From a virus (taxonomy: Duplodnaviria > Caudoviricetes), in IMG/VR virus record IMGVR_UViG_3300033066_001917, positions 32,001 to 96,000 of that record: 64,000 nt of DNA; one strand, given 5' to 3'. Under the pieces are notes generated by a model. That model saw only the letters and a list, made by a program, of their open reading frames with translations. It was not told the DNA's origin and made no database searches. Made by a program: the position numbers and the translations under genes. Shown here piece after piece: positions 17,173-26,185 of this stretch (positions are counted from its first letter, which is position 1; every line of letters begins with the position of its first letter).

Positions 17173-17577
17173 ATGGGTCAATATCATTACGTCATCAATC
17201 GGACAAAGAAGCAGTTTCTACACCCCCATCGCCTCGGAGACGGGCTCAAACTCATGGAGTTCGTGGGGTCGCGAGATGGTACCATCTCGGCTCTTGCTCT
17301 CCTCCTAGCCTGTTCGAACGGAAGAGGTGGAGGTGATTTCAGAGGGGAGGACCCTGACGGCCTCGTAGGTTCATGGGCCGGTGATTCCATCGCAATCGTG
17401 GGGGATTACTTCCGAGCGGAAGATATGCCGGATTACCCCCTCGATTTGGATTGGGAAGATCACTTCGAGGACATTAGCCCCCGAATCCGCAAAGTCATGG
17501 AGGGCAGTGGTATGTTCCAAATGACCCGCTCCTGGGCTTTTGAGGATAATCCAGAAGATAAAGGTCAGGGGTGGTGA
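17173..17577 (+). CDS. conserved phage hypothetical protein (MGQY...GLKL.E...GSWAGD..IVGDY type)
   Basis: recognisable motif pattern. Confidence 0.75.
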   Translation: MGQYHYVINRTKKQFLHPHRLGDGLKLMEFVGSRDGTISALALLLACSNGRGGGDFRGEDPDGLVGSWAGDSIAIVGDYFRAEDMPDYPLDLDWEDHFEDISPRIRKVMEGSGMFQMTRSWAFEDNPEDKGQGW

Positions 17578-17981
17578 AAGTCCTCAATCACACAGGGGTT
17601 CCGCTGACTATTTTCCACGTCAACGACGTGACCATGGATGAGGGGGGTACGTTCTTCCTCCGTGGGGAAACCCCTACGGAACCCGTGGTGGTTCTCCCAC
17701 CTGAACCCAGGGGGGCAGTGAAGCCCCCAAGAATGTTCATTCGTGAGGTTCTGTCGGTAGGAACCGAGGACATTTCAGTGTTTGCTGTATCCGGTGATCA
17801 GCCGAATGCCAAACGGCCCGAGTTCTATCGGATGGATGGCACCTACTGGATTGTCTCCCGGGAAAGAGCCATGGCCATGAGAGAAAAAGGGGAATACCTC
17901 GGAGATATCCTTGTCCCAGGTCGGCCCGTCCACAAACGAGATGGGACCATTGTGGGATACGCCGAATTTGCCCCGGCTTAA
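17574..17981 (+). CDS. hypothetical protein (paralogous to the C-terminus of 23368-24000)
   Basis: VLNHT...YWIVS...DILVPGRPV...G.IVGY. Confidence 0.65.
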   Translation: MKVLNHTGVPLTIFHVNDVTMDEGGTFFLRGETPTEPVVVLPPEPRGAVKPPRMFIREVLSVGTEDISVFAVSGDQPNAKRPEFYRMDGTYWIVSRERAMAMREKGEYLGDILVPGRPVHKRDGTIVGYAEFAPA

Positions 17982-18009
17982 AGCAACCACCTGACCACTC
18001 AAAAACATA

Positions 18010-18387
18010 ATGGATACCATGAGCGATCACGTCTACGCAGAGATTGATGGGTACCGACTCAGATTCAATCTGAACGGGGGGGATAAGGGTCCAGCACTCC
18101 CCCTTCGTTTTGGTGGGGAGTACGATACCATGGGATGGGACATCCCGAATGCCTGGGCCGTTGACCGGGAGAATCAGGCTTGGAAGGATTCCGGGGGTCA
18201 TGGGTTTGGTTTGAGACGGTGTACTCTTGAGTCCATGCTCTCCGATATGGATCCGGATGCATCAGCTCTGGCTGACTGGGTTCGTCAGAAAATGGGCATG
18301 AAACCCAAACTTCCAGGATGGATGGCCGCCGCGCTGTCATGTGGGTGGACACCCCCCGCCAACTTCAATCCAAACGACTATGAGTGA
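18010..18387 (+). CDS. hypothetical protein
   Basis: ORF tiling. Confidence 0.65.
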   Translation: MDTMSDHVYAEIDGYRLRFNLNGGDKGPALPLRFGGEYDTMGWDIPNAWAVDRENQAWKDSGGHGFGLRRCTLESMLSDMDPDASALADWVRQKMGMKPKLPGWMAAALSCGWTPPANFNPNDYE

Positions 18388-18697
18388 ATTTACATCTGCA
18401 GGTCCCGACTTCTTCAGTAAGCATATCGGGGTACTCAAAGCCATCCTCCAGTGGAAGCATAAGGATCTCCCTGCCTCCCTTGAAATGAAATACGAGACCA
18501 TCCCCCTCCCACAAGGAACGGAAATGTTCTGGGTGGATTGTCACACCAATGTAAACTTCTCCCACCCATGTTTCCTGGCAGTGGTGACAGAACATGGTGG
18601 ATTGATGGTACGTGACGTGAACTGGTGGCCCGAACCGCTTGAAGGTAATTGGATCCCCATTTGGGACCCTAGAAATACCTATGAAGATCTGAGTTGA
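18380..18697 (+). CDS. hypothetical protein
   Basis: overlaps the upstream stop. Confidence 0.6.
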   Translation: MSEFTSAGPDFFSKHIGVLKAILQWKHKDLPASLEMKYETIPLPQGTEMFWVDCHTNVNFSHPCFLAVVTEHGGLMVRDVNWWPEPLEGNWIPIWDPRNTYEDLS

Positions 18698-18720
18698 TTT
18701 TCGCCACCCTCAACCGATAT
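18694..18720 (+). promoter_or_regulatory. putative phage promoter TTG-N18-CGATAT
   Basis: motif copy. Confidence 0.7.
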
Positions 18721-18757
18721 AAGGGTGGTTGGGTCAACAATCCGAAAGGTAGCTGCC

Positions 18758-18964
18758 ATGAGCCGATATGATCATCTCAGCCCCAAAGAGTTCCGCGTGG
18801 CCCTCGAAAACGAGTATCTGCCTGAGGGTACTCACCAGGAGGTGAAAGACCGCATCTGGAATCTCACCTACGATAACTGCAAGGGTGAGTCCCGAGAGAC
18901 CTGGGAGTGTGTCTACTACGAGTACGTCGGGCTCGTAGAGCTCGTAACCCGAACCATGGGCTAA
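18758..18964 (+). CDS. hypothetical protein
   Basis: follows the promoter motif; AAGG RBS. Confidence 0.65.
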   Translation: MSRYDHLSPKEFRVALENEYLPEGTHQEVKDRIWNLTYDNCKGESRETWECVYYEYVGLVELVTRTMG

Positions 18965-18967
18965 CCA

Positions 18968-19342
18968 ATGCTTTTCGATGCAGAAACCGATCGATCCCTG
19001 AGAAGTGCCGGATACTGCCCACCCAATTTCCCAGCCTACTTTCTCCGGAGCGAAATTCAGGCCCTTCTCACAGGTACCTCCGTCTACTACGGGGGGCCAT
19101 GTGACCATTGCGGAGCTCCCGTCTATCGCTACAACCAGAAATGCTGCGATTCTGACTGCTCCACCATTCCAGATATCTCCCACCCACCGCCAGATTCTTT
19201 CAAGTCTACAACAATAAACCCCAACCCACTATCCGGACAGGGATTCGTGGCGTACCAACACCCTCCGATCTTGTCCGGCATCTTAAATGTGCCAGGGTTC
19301 TTCCTTTCTCATTCTCCGAATACCACTACCAAGTTGACTTGA
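18968..19342 (+). CDS. hypothetical protein
   Basis: ORF tiling; CDHC..CCDSDC. Confidence 0.5.
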   Translation: MLFDAETDRSLRSAGYCPPNFPAYFLRSEIQALLTGTSVYYGGPCDHCGAPVYRYNQKCCDSDCSTIPDISHPPPDSFKSTTINPNPLSGQGFVAYQHPPILSGILNVPGFFLSHSPNTTTKLT

Positions 19343-19551
19343 CACGTTGGCCGGATGAAGTATCCGTGTTTGCCCTGTGGGATGGGTTCTCTTTCTTTCG
19401 CCACGAGCCACGATTACTGTATTCCCTTAAGGCCATAACACCCCCGAACCAGCTAGACCTGTTCGACGTGGGTGACCTACCCGTAAAATACATCCATCCA
19501 GCGGAAGCCAAAGCGGCGGCATCGGGTGTGGCGCGCACTTTTGGGCTGTAG
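19339..19551 (+). CDS. hypothetical protein
   Basis: TTGA overlap. Confidence 0.45.
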   Translation: MTRWPDEVSVFALWDGFSFFRHEPRLLYSLKAITPPNQLDLFDVGDLPVKYIHPAEAKAAASGVARTFGL

Positions 19552-19862
19552 ACCTTTTAGAAATCGAACCCCAAAAAATTTCCAGCCCAGAATATCGGGA
19601 ATTTTTGATTTCCAAAGCTAAATGGAAATCGACCCCCAAGCCAGATATAGATAAAGACCGGGAAGTTGGACACCACGACGTGACCTGGAATCCCCTTTCC
19701 GGAACCCATTTCAAATCGGGATGTGTCATTTTCAATGCGGTTTCAATTCGCAAATTTTGACCCTGTTGGGACCCGGAAATAGTTTTCTATGCGGTTCTGG
19801 GGGTGGTTGGTGGTTCCATGTCTGGGTCCGCGGTCGTAAGCAAGTCATCATAGGAGTCGGGT

Positions 19863-20069
19863 ATGAAGTTCGATCCCACGAAGGCAACAAACGAAGAACT
19901 CTTGGACGAGCTTATTGCACAGGCCAAGCGTCAAGCGAGGTGTGAGTGTCGGGCTGGTCATTGTGAGCCGGGTGTCACCCATAACTACCGTGAGGCGGAT
20001 GAGGCTGCGGAGCGTGTCCTCACCCTGAAGAGTCAGATTCTTGGGGTCATGGAGGAGTATGGGCTATGA
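19863..20069 (+). CDS. hypothetical protein
   Basis: AGGAG RBS. Confidence 0.65.
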   Translation: MKFDPTKATNEELLDELIAQAKRQARCECRAGHCEPGVTHNYREADEAAERVLTLKSQILGVMEEYGL

Positions 20070-20416
20070 CGATTGGGGTCAAGGAGTCCCCCATCACCAT
20101 TTTTAGTAGTGGTGGGAAGCGCGACTACCCTACTGTGGAGTATGCCACGATGGCTGGGTGGGTGGATGAGTGGGATTTTGGTGGGTCTAGGGAGGAGGTT
20201 CAGGCTCTGGCCAACTCCTATCTATATCAGTTGATGGACGATCGGTCTCTCCTAGGGATGACGGGGCGGATTCTGGATCTCATTCGACTTAGGAACCTAC
20301 CTATGGGCCTGGGGGTACCGGCGGAAGTGGGGTGTATTGTGCGGGATAGTTCGGTGTGGATTGTGTATCGGAACCACCAAAACTCGGAAGGTATGGGAAA
20401 AGGCCATATGGCCTGA
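20066..20416 (+). CDS. hypothetical protein
   Basis: ATGA overlap; GGAGG RBS. Confidence 0.6.
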   Translation: MTIGVKESPITIFSSGGKRDYPTVEYATMAGWVDEWDFGGSREEVQALANSYLYQLMDDRSLLGMTGRILDLIRLRNLPMGLGVPAEVGCIVRDSSVWIVYRNHQNSEGMGKGHMA

Positions 20417-20438
20417 TTTGTCCGGGTCTATAATAGGG

Positions 20439-20466
20439 TTGGTTTCTGTGACCCATGGGTCGATAT
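20439..20466 (+). promoter_or_regulatory. putative phage promoter TTG-N19-CGATAT
   Basis: motif copy with a 19-nt spacer. Confidence 0.65.
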
Positions 20467-20488
20467 AAGGTTGAGAGGTAGGATTTCT

Positions 20489-20809
20489 ATGGGCGTTCTA
20501 GTGCGATTTTCTCCGGGTCTTCGTGACATGGCTCGGTGGCTTCTCCTTGATGGTCGGGTGGATGTTCCCTACCTGGAGGGGATCCTTCTTCGTGGGAGTA
20601 CCCACGATCTGATCACCCGGGCATGGGACAACCTGACGATGGAGGATCGGGAGCTGGCCCTTCGTCTTCTCCGGAAGCTTCCGGTGGATCGGTCGAAGTG
20701 CTCAAACCTTAAGGAAGCTGGGTTCGCGTGTGTCTATCTGGGTCCGGGTATGGAGCTCACCCACGACGCCTGGGATTACCTGCACCGTCGCTATCCGGTT
20801 AAGCCGTGA
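20489..20809 (+). CDS. hypothetical protein
   Basis: follows the promoter motif. Confidence 0.65.
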   Translation: MGVLVRFSPGLRDMARWLLLDGRVDVPYLEGILLRGSTHDLITRAWDNLTMEDRELALRLLRKLPVDRSKCSNLKEAGFACVYLGPGMELTHDAWDYLHRRYPVKP

Positions 20810-21012
20810 AAACCACCTACAGTGACCTTGAGCTGAGAGCCCTTGAGCTCTATGCCAGTCTCCTACCCCTCATCAAGAGGAAATTGGAAGCGAAAACCGC
20901 TGAAGACCGTCAAGCCATCACCCAAGCCATCCTTCACGAGATTGTCACTGCCCTCGAACATCCCCGGGTAGAGACCGACTCCCATGGAGACTCGCACGTT
21001 GCTTCTCGCTGA
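20806..21012 (+). CDS. hypothetical protein
   Basis: GTGA overlap. Confidence 0.6.
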   Translation: MKTTYSDLELRALELYASLLPLIKRKLEAKTAEDRQAITQAILHEIVTALEHPRVETDSHGDSHVASR

Positions 21013-21166
21013 GACTCTCGGCCCCATGTTTGCGGGTTACCCGGAGGGGTTTTTTCCCTTCGCCGAGATCCTCAATACTCTCATGGTGCGTGAGCGTGAG
21101 CTGGCCGTAGAGCAGTTTCAGCAGTAACGTCCAACCATTTTACGTGTGGAAAAGGTAACAATCAGT

Positions 21167-21312
21167 ATGAACATTCTCATTGGGATCAAAGAGACCCTCA
21201 AACTCCTCTGGCAGATTGCAGCCGCACCCATTGCGCTCCAGAAGTGGACCCATGGTACAGGGTGGGGGCCAGGGTTCGCCCGTATCGGTCAAGGTATCGG
21301 TCTCCTCGGTAG
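21167..21312 (+). pseudogene. 5' half of a phage gene split by the high-GC insert
   Basis: MNILIGIKETL...GIGLLG joins in frame to 23246-23366 when the insert is removed. Confidence 0.65.
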
Positions 21313-21401
21313 TGGCGTGATTCGCCTCGGGGTGGCGTGGTCTGGCTCCGACGCCTCGCAGGTGGCGTGATTTGAACGCCTCCGATGCAAATCACGCCAC
21401 C
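21312..21401. repeat. GTGGCGTG direct repeats plus a 14-bp inverted repeat
   Basis: GTGGCGTG at about 21312, 21332 and 21362; GGTGGCGTGATTTG...CAAATCACGCCACC. Confidence 0.75.
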
Positions 21402-21585
21402 CTCACCAAATGCCTACAGAGAAGGCGTTTGGCGCACGCTGGCGCACGGACAAATCGTCGTCGAGCGAGTGGCGCAGGCTCACGACGGCTCGCAGAACCG
21501 GCCTGCATGACGACCGAACGAGCGCGAACAGCGACCCCGCCGAGCCCGACCCGCTCGGAGCTCCTCCACGCGCGGCCGGGTTCCG

Positions 21586-21643
21586 AGGGGTGGCGGTCCG
21601 CCGCCCCATCGCCACCCCATCGCCATGGCGGACCGCCACCCCT
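21586..21643. repeat. 17-bp perfect inverted repeat (REP-like or terminator hairpin)
   Basis: AGGGGTGGCGGTCCGCC...GGCGGACCGCCACCCCT. Confidence 0.8.
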
Positions 21644-21733
21644 GCTTGTGATTTCGCATAGTTACGGTGGCTCGCGACGTGCTGTGCGGGGTGCCAAGCA
21701 CGTCGGAACCACCCACCATTTACTGGAGGCAAC

Positions 21734-22816
21734 ATGAAGGACACTGGCAGAATGGCATCAGATATGGACCCCGTCCCCGCCATCGACATCTTCGCGAGCG
21801 CGGGCGGCCTCACGCTGGGCTTCAAGGAAGCCGGTATCCAGACCGTCTGCGCGGTCGAGATCGAGAAGCATCGGGTCGCCACGTTCGCGCACCACACCCC
21901 AGGCGCGACCATCCTGAACGACGACGTCCAGCGCATCGACTTCTCGAAGTACACGGGGAAGGTCGAGCTGATCTACGGAGGCCCTCCGTGTCAGCCGTTT
22001 TCGTCGGGTGGGCAGCAACGTGCGGCGCGTGACGAACGCAACATGATCCCGGCATTTATCCGTGCCATCGCCACCGTTCGTCCCGCCGCGTTCTTCATGG
22101 AGAACGTGCCCGGACTGGTCACCGGGGAGCGCCGAGCCTATTTCCGCAAGATCCTCGCCGAGTACCGCGCTCTCGGGTTCTCCGTCGCGTGGAAGGTCAT
22201 CAACGCCGCCGACTACGGCGTGCCGCAGAAGCGCCGCCGTCTGTTCGTCGTCGGCATGCGCGGGCGCGAGTTCGCCTTTCCAGCGCCGAGCCACGGGCCG
22301 ACGGGACGCTTCCCGCACGTCGCCGTGCGCGACGTTTTGCCCTCGCACCAGATCGGCGAGCCGAACCTCTCGCGGGTGTTCTACGCCAAGACCCCTGACC
22401 TGCGACCGAGCCCCTTCGATGGGCACCTTTTCAATGGCGGCGGACGCGCGATCGACCGGAGCCAGCCGTGCCACACGATCCTCGCGTCGGCGGGGGGCAA
22501 CAAGACGCATTTCTTCGACGATGACGATTTGGTCGCGGAGTACCACCGACACCTGCGCGCAGGAGGCAAGCCCCGCACTGGCACATTGCCCGGCGCGCGC
22601 CGACTCACCGTCACGGAGTCGGCCATCATTCAGACCTTCCCGAAAGACATGGTGTTCATGGGTCCGCGGAGCGTGCAGTACCATCAGGTCGGAGACGCAG
22701 TACCGCCCAAACTGGCGGCGGTCATGGGGCGGGCGCTCGTGTGGCAAATGCGAGGAATCGCGGCTGGATCGCGCGAGGATTTCCCCGAGCCGATGCAGAG
22801 GGTACTGGCGCTGTGA
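21734..22816 (+). CDS. DNA (cytosine-5)-methyltransferase
   Basis: motif I IDIFASAGG, IV GGPPCQPFS, VI ENV, VIII QKRRR, IX-X RRLT...QTFP...VGDAVPP; GGAGG RBS. Confidence 0.96.
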   Translation: MKDTGRMASDMDPVPAIDIFASAGGLTLGFKEAGIQTVCAVEIEKHRVATFAHHTPGATILNDDVQRIDFSKYTGKVELIYGGPPCQPFSSGGQQRAARDERNMIPAFIRAIATVRPAAFFMENVPGLVTGERRAYFRKILAEYRALGFSVAWKVINAADYGVPQKRRRLFVVGMRGREFAFPAPSHGPTGRFPHVAVRDVLPSHQIGEPNLSRVFYAKTPDLRPSPFDGHLFNGGGRAIDRSQPCHTILASAGGNKTHFFDDDDLVAEYHRHLRAGGKPRTGTLPGARRLTVTESAIIQTFPKDMVFMGPRSVQYHQVGDAVPPKLAAVMGRALVWQMRGIAAGSREDFPEPMQRVLAL

Positions 22817-23259
22817 GCACCGCAGAGGACGCCGATGGTGGGCGCAACACCAACGTCGAGCAGGCGGTCGCCGCGGCGCTGGAGCGCATCGACGAGTTCG
22901 TTGCCGGGGATGAACTCAGCCCGCTCCCGGCGCCGCTCCGCGAGGCGTGCGACCGCCTGCTCGACAAGCAACGGGCCAGCGCGAGGACGGCGGGTCTCTT
23001 CTTCTCGTTCTACTGGTTGCTGGAACCTAAGTGGGACGGTGACAGCGTGCCCGTCGGAATTCGTGGGAAGTACGGGGACAAACTCCTGTCGGAGCAGTTG
23101 ACCCAACGCTCGATTACGCGGCACGACGCGATCACGGCCTTCGCAGAAAACCTCGGATGGAAGGGCAACGTACGGCAGTTCCGGTTGAGCCGGGACGAGC
23201 GGCTCAAAGACTTCATTGCCGCGCTGAAGAAGGCCGGGCCGAGCGGGAGGAGTTTTTAG
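22813..23259 (+). pseudogene. 3'-truncated gene coupled to the methyltransferase, probably the cognate restriction endonuclease
   Basis: GTGA overlap with the MTase; the frame runs off the insert end and stops within a few codons in phage DNA; endonuclease identity inferred from context only. Confidence 0.55.
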
Positions 23260-23366
23260 CCCTCTCCCCATTTATTGTGGATCGTTCTGCAGCTTTCTTC
23301 CAAGAGAATCCCGATCAGGCCCTGGACAATGCCAAGGCTCTCCTTGCCCAACTCGAAAGCATTTGA
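23246..23366 (+). pseudogene. 3' half of the split phage gene (EEFLALSPFIVD...LESI)
   Basis: phage-like composition; in frame with 21167-21312 after excision. Confidence 0.65.
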
Positions 23367-23367
23367 A

Positions 23368-24000
23368 ATGTCCCGCGAGAATCTATCTAAAGCTACGGGA
23401 GACCTAATCTCCTCCGCCGACAACTTCCTCAAGGGTCAGGGCACTATCGATGCGTTTGATGAAGCCGCTAAAGCCTATGAGGAGGCGGTCAGGGTTGAAC
23501 GTCTACGTGCTGATAACCTTACAGGATCAGAGCGTGGCAAAGTTTACGAGTACTTGCGATCTTGTAAACGAGAGACAAATAACTGGAAAGCCAAAGTGGA
23601 CAGGATCAGGGGGGTCCCGGCACCCCAAATCGTCAACCTCACAAGGGAGACGTTTACCCTAGCCAGTCCGGAGTGCATTGAAGCTTCCGGTTGCCCCTTT
23701 GACCCATTTGGATACTGCCTCAAAAGGGGTATGAAACTTCTGGTTGCGGGAACTATCCCCCCAAAGCTTCTTCCCAATCCTAGGGACTTGTCCGATATCC
23801 GGGTCGCCAATGAGGGGAGGGTTATCTCTATTCCCACATTCCCCATCTACCCCCCACACCCAACGGAAGGGATTCTCTATCTCGTACCAGAAGGGGTATT
23901 CATGACCGCGAACCGGCAAGACTTCATCACACCAGGGTCCCCGGTGTATAACGCTATGGGTGAGGTTATCGCCTATGCGAATATCCGGACAATGGCCTAG
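23368..24000 (+). CDS. hypothetical protein
   Basis: starts 1 nt after the upstream stop; C-terminus similar to 17574-17981. Confidence 0.7.
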   Translation: MSRENLSKATGDLISSADNFLKGQGTIDAFDEAAKAYEEAVRVERLRADNLTGSERGKVYEYLRSCKRETNNWKAKVDRIRGVPAPQIVNLTRETFTLASPECIEASGCPFDPFGYCLKRGMKLLVAGTIPPKLLPNPRDLSDIRVANEGRVISIPTFPIYPPHPTEGILYLVPEGVFMTANRQDFITPGSPVYNAMGEVIAYANIRTMA

Positions 24001-24005
24001 GGGGA

Positions 24006-24716
24006 TTATTTGGTGAGGGAGGTACGGATACGGGCCAGGGATGAGTCAACCTCCGAGGCGCTCATCCCTAATTCCAAAGCCATCTCTTTCCTGGTCTTCC
24101 CCAATTCTAAGCCCCCTACCAGACTCTCGATCCTTTCCCACCCCTGAGGGAAAAGTTCCCTTAGGATCTCCCTCCGCCCAAAGTCATCACTGCCTTCAGA
24201 CCCACTCACCTCACCCTCCACCACCATCCCATCCGTAGTCAAATCCTCGTGCAATGTCCTACGGCGATCTTTCCTAAGATAGTTCGACAGGACACACTTG
24301 ATGACGATATGGACATAGTGACCAAACGAGGACTTCGTTGCATCCCAAGGACAAGTCCCATTATCCCTAGCAAGTAGACCACGGTAAACTTCCTGAAGAA
24401 AATCCTCCGGGTCTATTCCCTGCTTCATCAGTGTCCCCGTAAAATTCCCAGCATAAAACAACTTGCGGACTTCATTCCCCCGTGCCGCAAGATCAATCCC
24501 CAAAGATCCCTTCACCCCACCGTCCCGCTTCAGTCGAACAGGGCCCAGACCCCGAAGGATAGTAGGGACATCTAGAGTTGGAACCCAACCAACCAACTTC
24601 ACCCCACATCCAATCCGAGGACTACCCCTCCGGATTACAACACGGCCACGATAAGGTGTAGGAGCATTCACTAACCAGGAATCCCACGGAAGCACGGTAG
24701 GGCTAATCTCAATCAT
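24006..24716 (-). CDS. phage-encoded RNA polymerase sigma-70 family factor (regions 2 and 4 only)
   Basis: region 2 IDPEDFLQEVYRGLL...WDATKSSFGHYV..V...LSNYLRK; region 4 GKTRKEMALELGMSASEV...LARIR. Confidence 0.82.
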   Translation of the reverse strand: MIEISPTVLPWDSWLVNAPTPYRGRVVIRRGSPRIGCGVKLVGWVPTLDVPTILRGLGPVRLKRDGGVKGSLGIDLAARGNEVRKLFYAGNFTGTLMKQGIDPEDFLQEVYRGLLARDNGTCPWDATKSSFGHYVHIVIKCVLSNYLRKDRRRTLHEDLTTDGMVVEGEVSGSEGSDDFGRREILRELFPQGWERIESLVGGLELGKTRKEMALELGMSASEVDSSLARIRTSLTK

Positions 24717-25330
24717 ATAACCTCGCAGTTGATTGTGTTACCCTTAACACAGATCACACCACCAACGCAACCCCATTCCCCAAATCAATTTCATTTTTTC
24801 GAAATCAAAATCAATGCGGGTTCAACTTTACGCGGCTCTTCGGCCCCGTAGCCCCGTAGCCCTGTTCCTGTCCATACCCTTCACCCGTATCCACGCTACC
24901 TACCCCCATGGTATCTACCACCCTTCCCCTACCCCCTCCAATCACCCCCTGCCAGGATGCATACCATTCCCGTCATTCTTACCTTTTCTAAACGGGACCT
25001 ATTACTGTCAACAATAACCACACCCCCCTTTCTCTGGCATTTCTCTGTTGGGGAGTGGGGGTTGATTTGATTGAATTTTACCGGGTTGATGCTAAACTTC
25101 CGTTGAACCCCTAGTGTTCACTGAACCCCAGGAAATGGTGGGTTTCAATTCCGGTGTAAAAGGGGGTACCGGATGGTGTTTAGGGGGTTAGAAGAATCAA
25201 GAATTGAGGGAATTGGACAGGGAGATTATTGTCCGGGGGGTTCAATTTGGGTGGTGGTGGGGTTGATTGGACACAGAGTTCCTTGGCTTCTTGACCCGTC
25301 TTGGGGTGTGGGCCCAAGCAGTTAGTTTGT

Positions 25331-26185
25331 TTACCAGGCATACCCCTTTGCTTCTTCGATGGTCATAAAGAAGTGGATTCCTTTGGTGCATTCCACGCGG
25401 ATATCGGGGTCATACTCCGGTTCTTTGACCCACTCGCCAACTTTGTAGGTGAAAGAACGAGTGAAATGAGAGAACAGAATCTCGTCAGATGTGGGGGAGT
25501 CGGAAACGATCCGCACAACTTTGGCTTTATCAGCTCTACATTTGCGTCCTATGAGGGAGCTTGTCCTTCTGGCTGACTTTGGTATGAGAAGCTCAACGAC
25601 AACGGGTTGGTGCGTGGCTGTGCGGACATTTTTGTAGGCGTGAAAATGCCCCGTTTCGGGCACGATCTGGAAGCTGGGTAGTTCGGCCCCGTCAATCCTG
25701 GCTCCCCTTAGGTTAGCTTTTTGAAAAATAGCCTCCTTCAGTTTTGCTCCCTCGAAATTGGTTTCATTGCAAGTAGCTCTGCTTAGGTTGGCTTGGTAGA
25801 GATCGGACTCGGTTAGGGTGGCCCTAGCTAGATCTGCGCTAGAGAGGTCCGCGTCGGAGATGTCCGCGTCGGAGATGTTCGACTTTCTAAGGATGGCCAT
25901 GACCAGGGTGGATTGGGTCAACTTTGCTCCTTGCAGGTTGGCTTCGAGCAAATTGGCCGCACCCATAAAGGCCCCTTGGAGCAAAGCATCCTGAAGGTTG
26001 CATTTCCACAGTTTTGCTTCCCCCGCGTCGGCTCCCCGTAGATCGGCCCGGCTAAGATTAGCCTCGGAAAAGTCCACACCACGGAGTTCTGCCCTGCTAA
26101 AATTAGCACCGGACAAATCCATCCCACGAAAGCTTTTTCCTCTCAGGTCTCTTCCCTGAAAGTTTTTAGGTTTGGTTGTTCCCAT
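25331..26185 (-). CDS. pentapeptide repeat protein with DUF5758-like C-terminal domain
   Basis: A(D/N)Lxx repeats; L.IP..A.R.S..GRKCRADKAKV...ECTKGIHFF. Confidence 0.9.
   Translation of the reverse strand: MGTTKPKNFQGRDLRGKSFRGMDLSGANFSRAELRGVDFSEANLSRADLRGADAGEAKLWKCNLQDALLQGAFMGAANLLEANLQGAKLTQSTLVMAILRKSNISDADISDADLSSADLARATLTESDLYQANLSRATCNETNFEGAKLKEAIFQKANLRGARIDGAELPSFQIVPETGHFHAYKNVRTATHQPVVVELLIPKSARRTSSLIGRKCRADKAKVVRIVSDSPTSDEILFSHFTRSFTYKVGEWVKEPEYDPDIRVECTKGIHFFMTIEEAKGYAW

Larger units (their letters stand above)
21313..23245 (+). other. ~1.93-kb high-GC foreign DNA insert (restriction-modification fragment)
   Basis: abrupt GC and codon-usage jump at both ends; flanks rejoin into one ORF; no transposase or target-site duplication. 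Confidence 0.8.

Noticed and set aside
21734-22816. Naming the methyltransferase recognition site or family
   Set aside because: This cannot be assigned reliably without a REBASE comparison.
21313-23245. IS element, transposon or integron cassette
   Set aside because: No transposase or integrase, no matching terminal inverted repeats at both ends, no target-site duplication, and the right end cuts mid-gene.
21372-23271. Long alternative-frame and antisense ORFs over the methyltransferase (e.g. 21758-22747, 22062-22913)
   Set aside because: Shadow ORFs expected in high-GC DNA; no recognisable motifs.
25845-25880. 15-bp tandem DNA repeat
   Set aside because: It simply reflects the pentapeptide (ISDAD) protein repeat.
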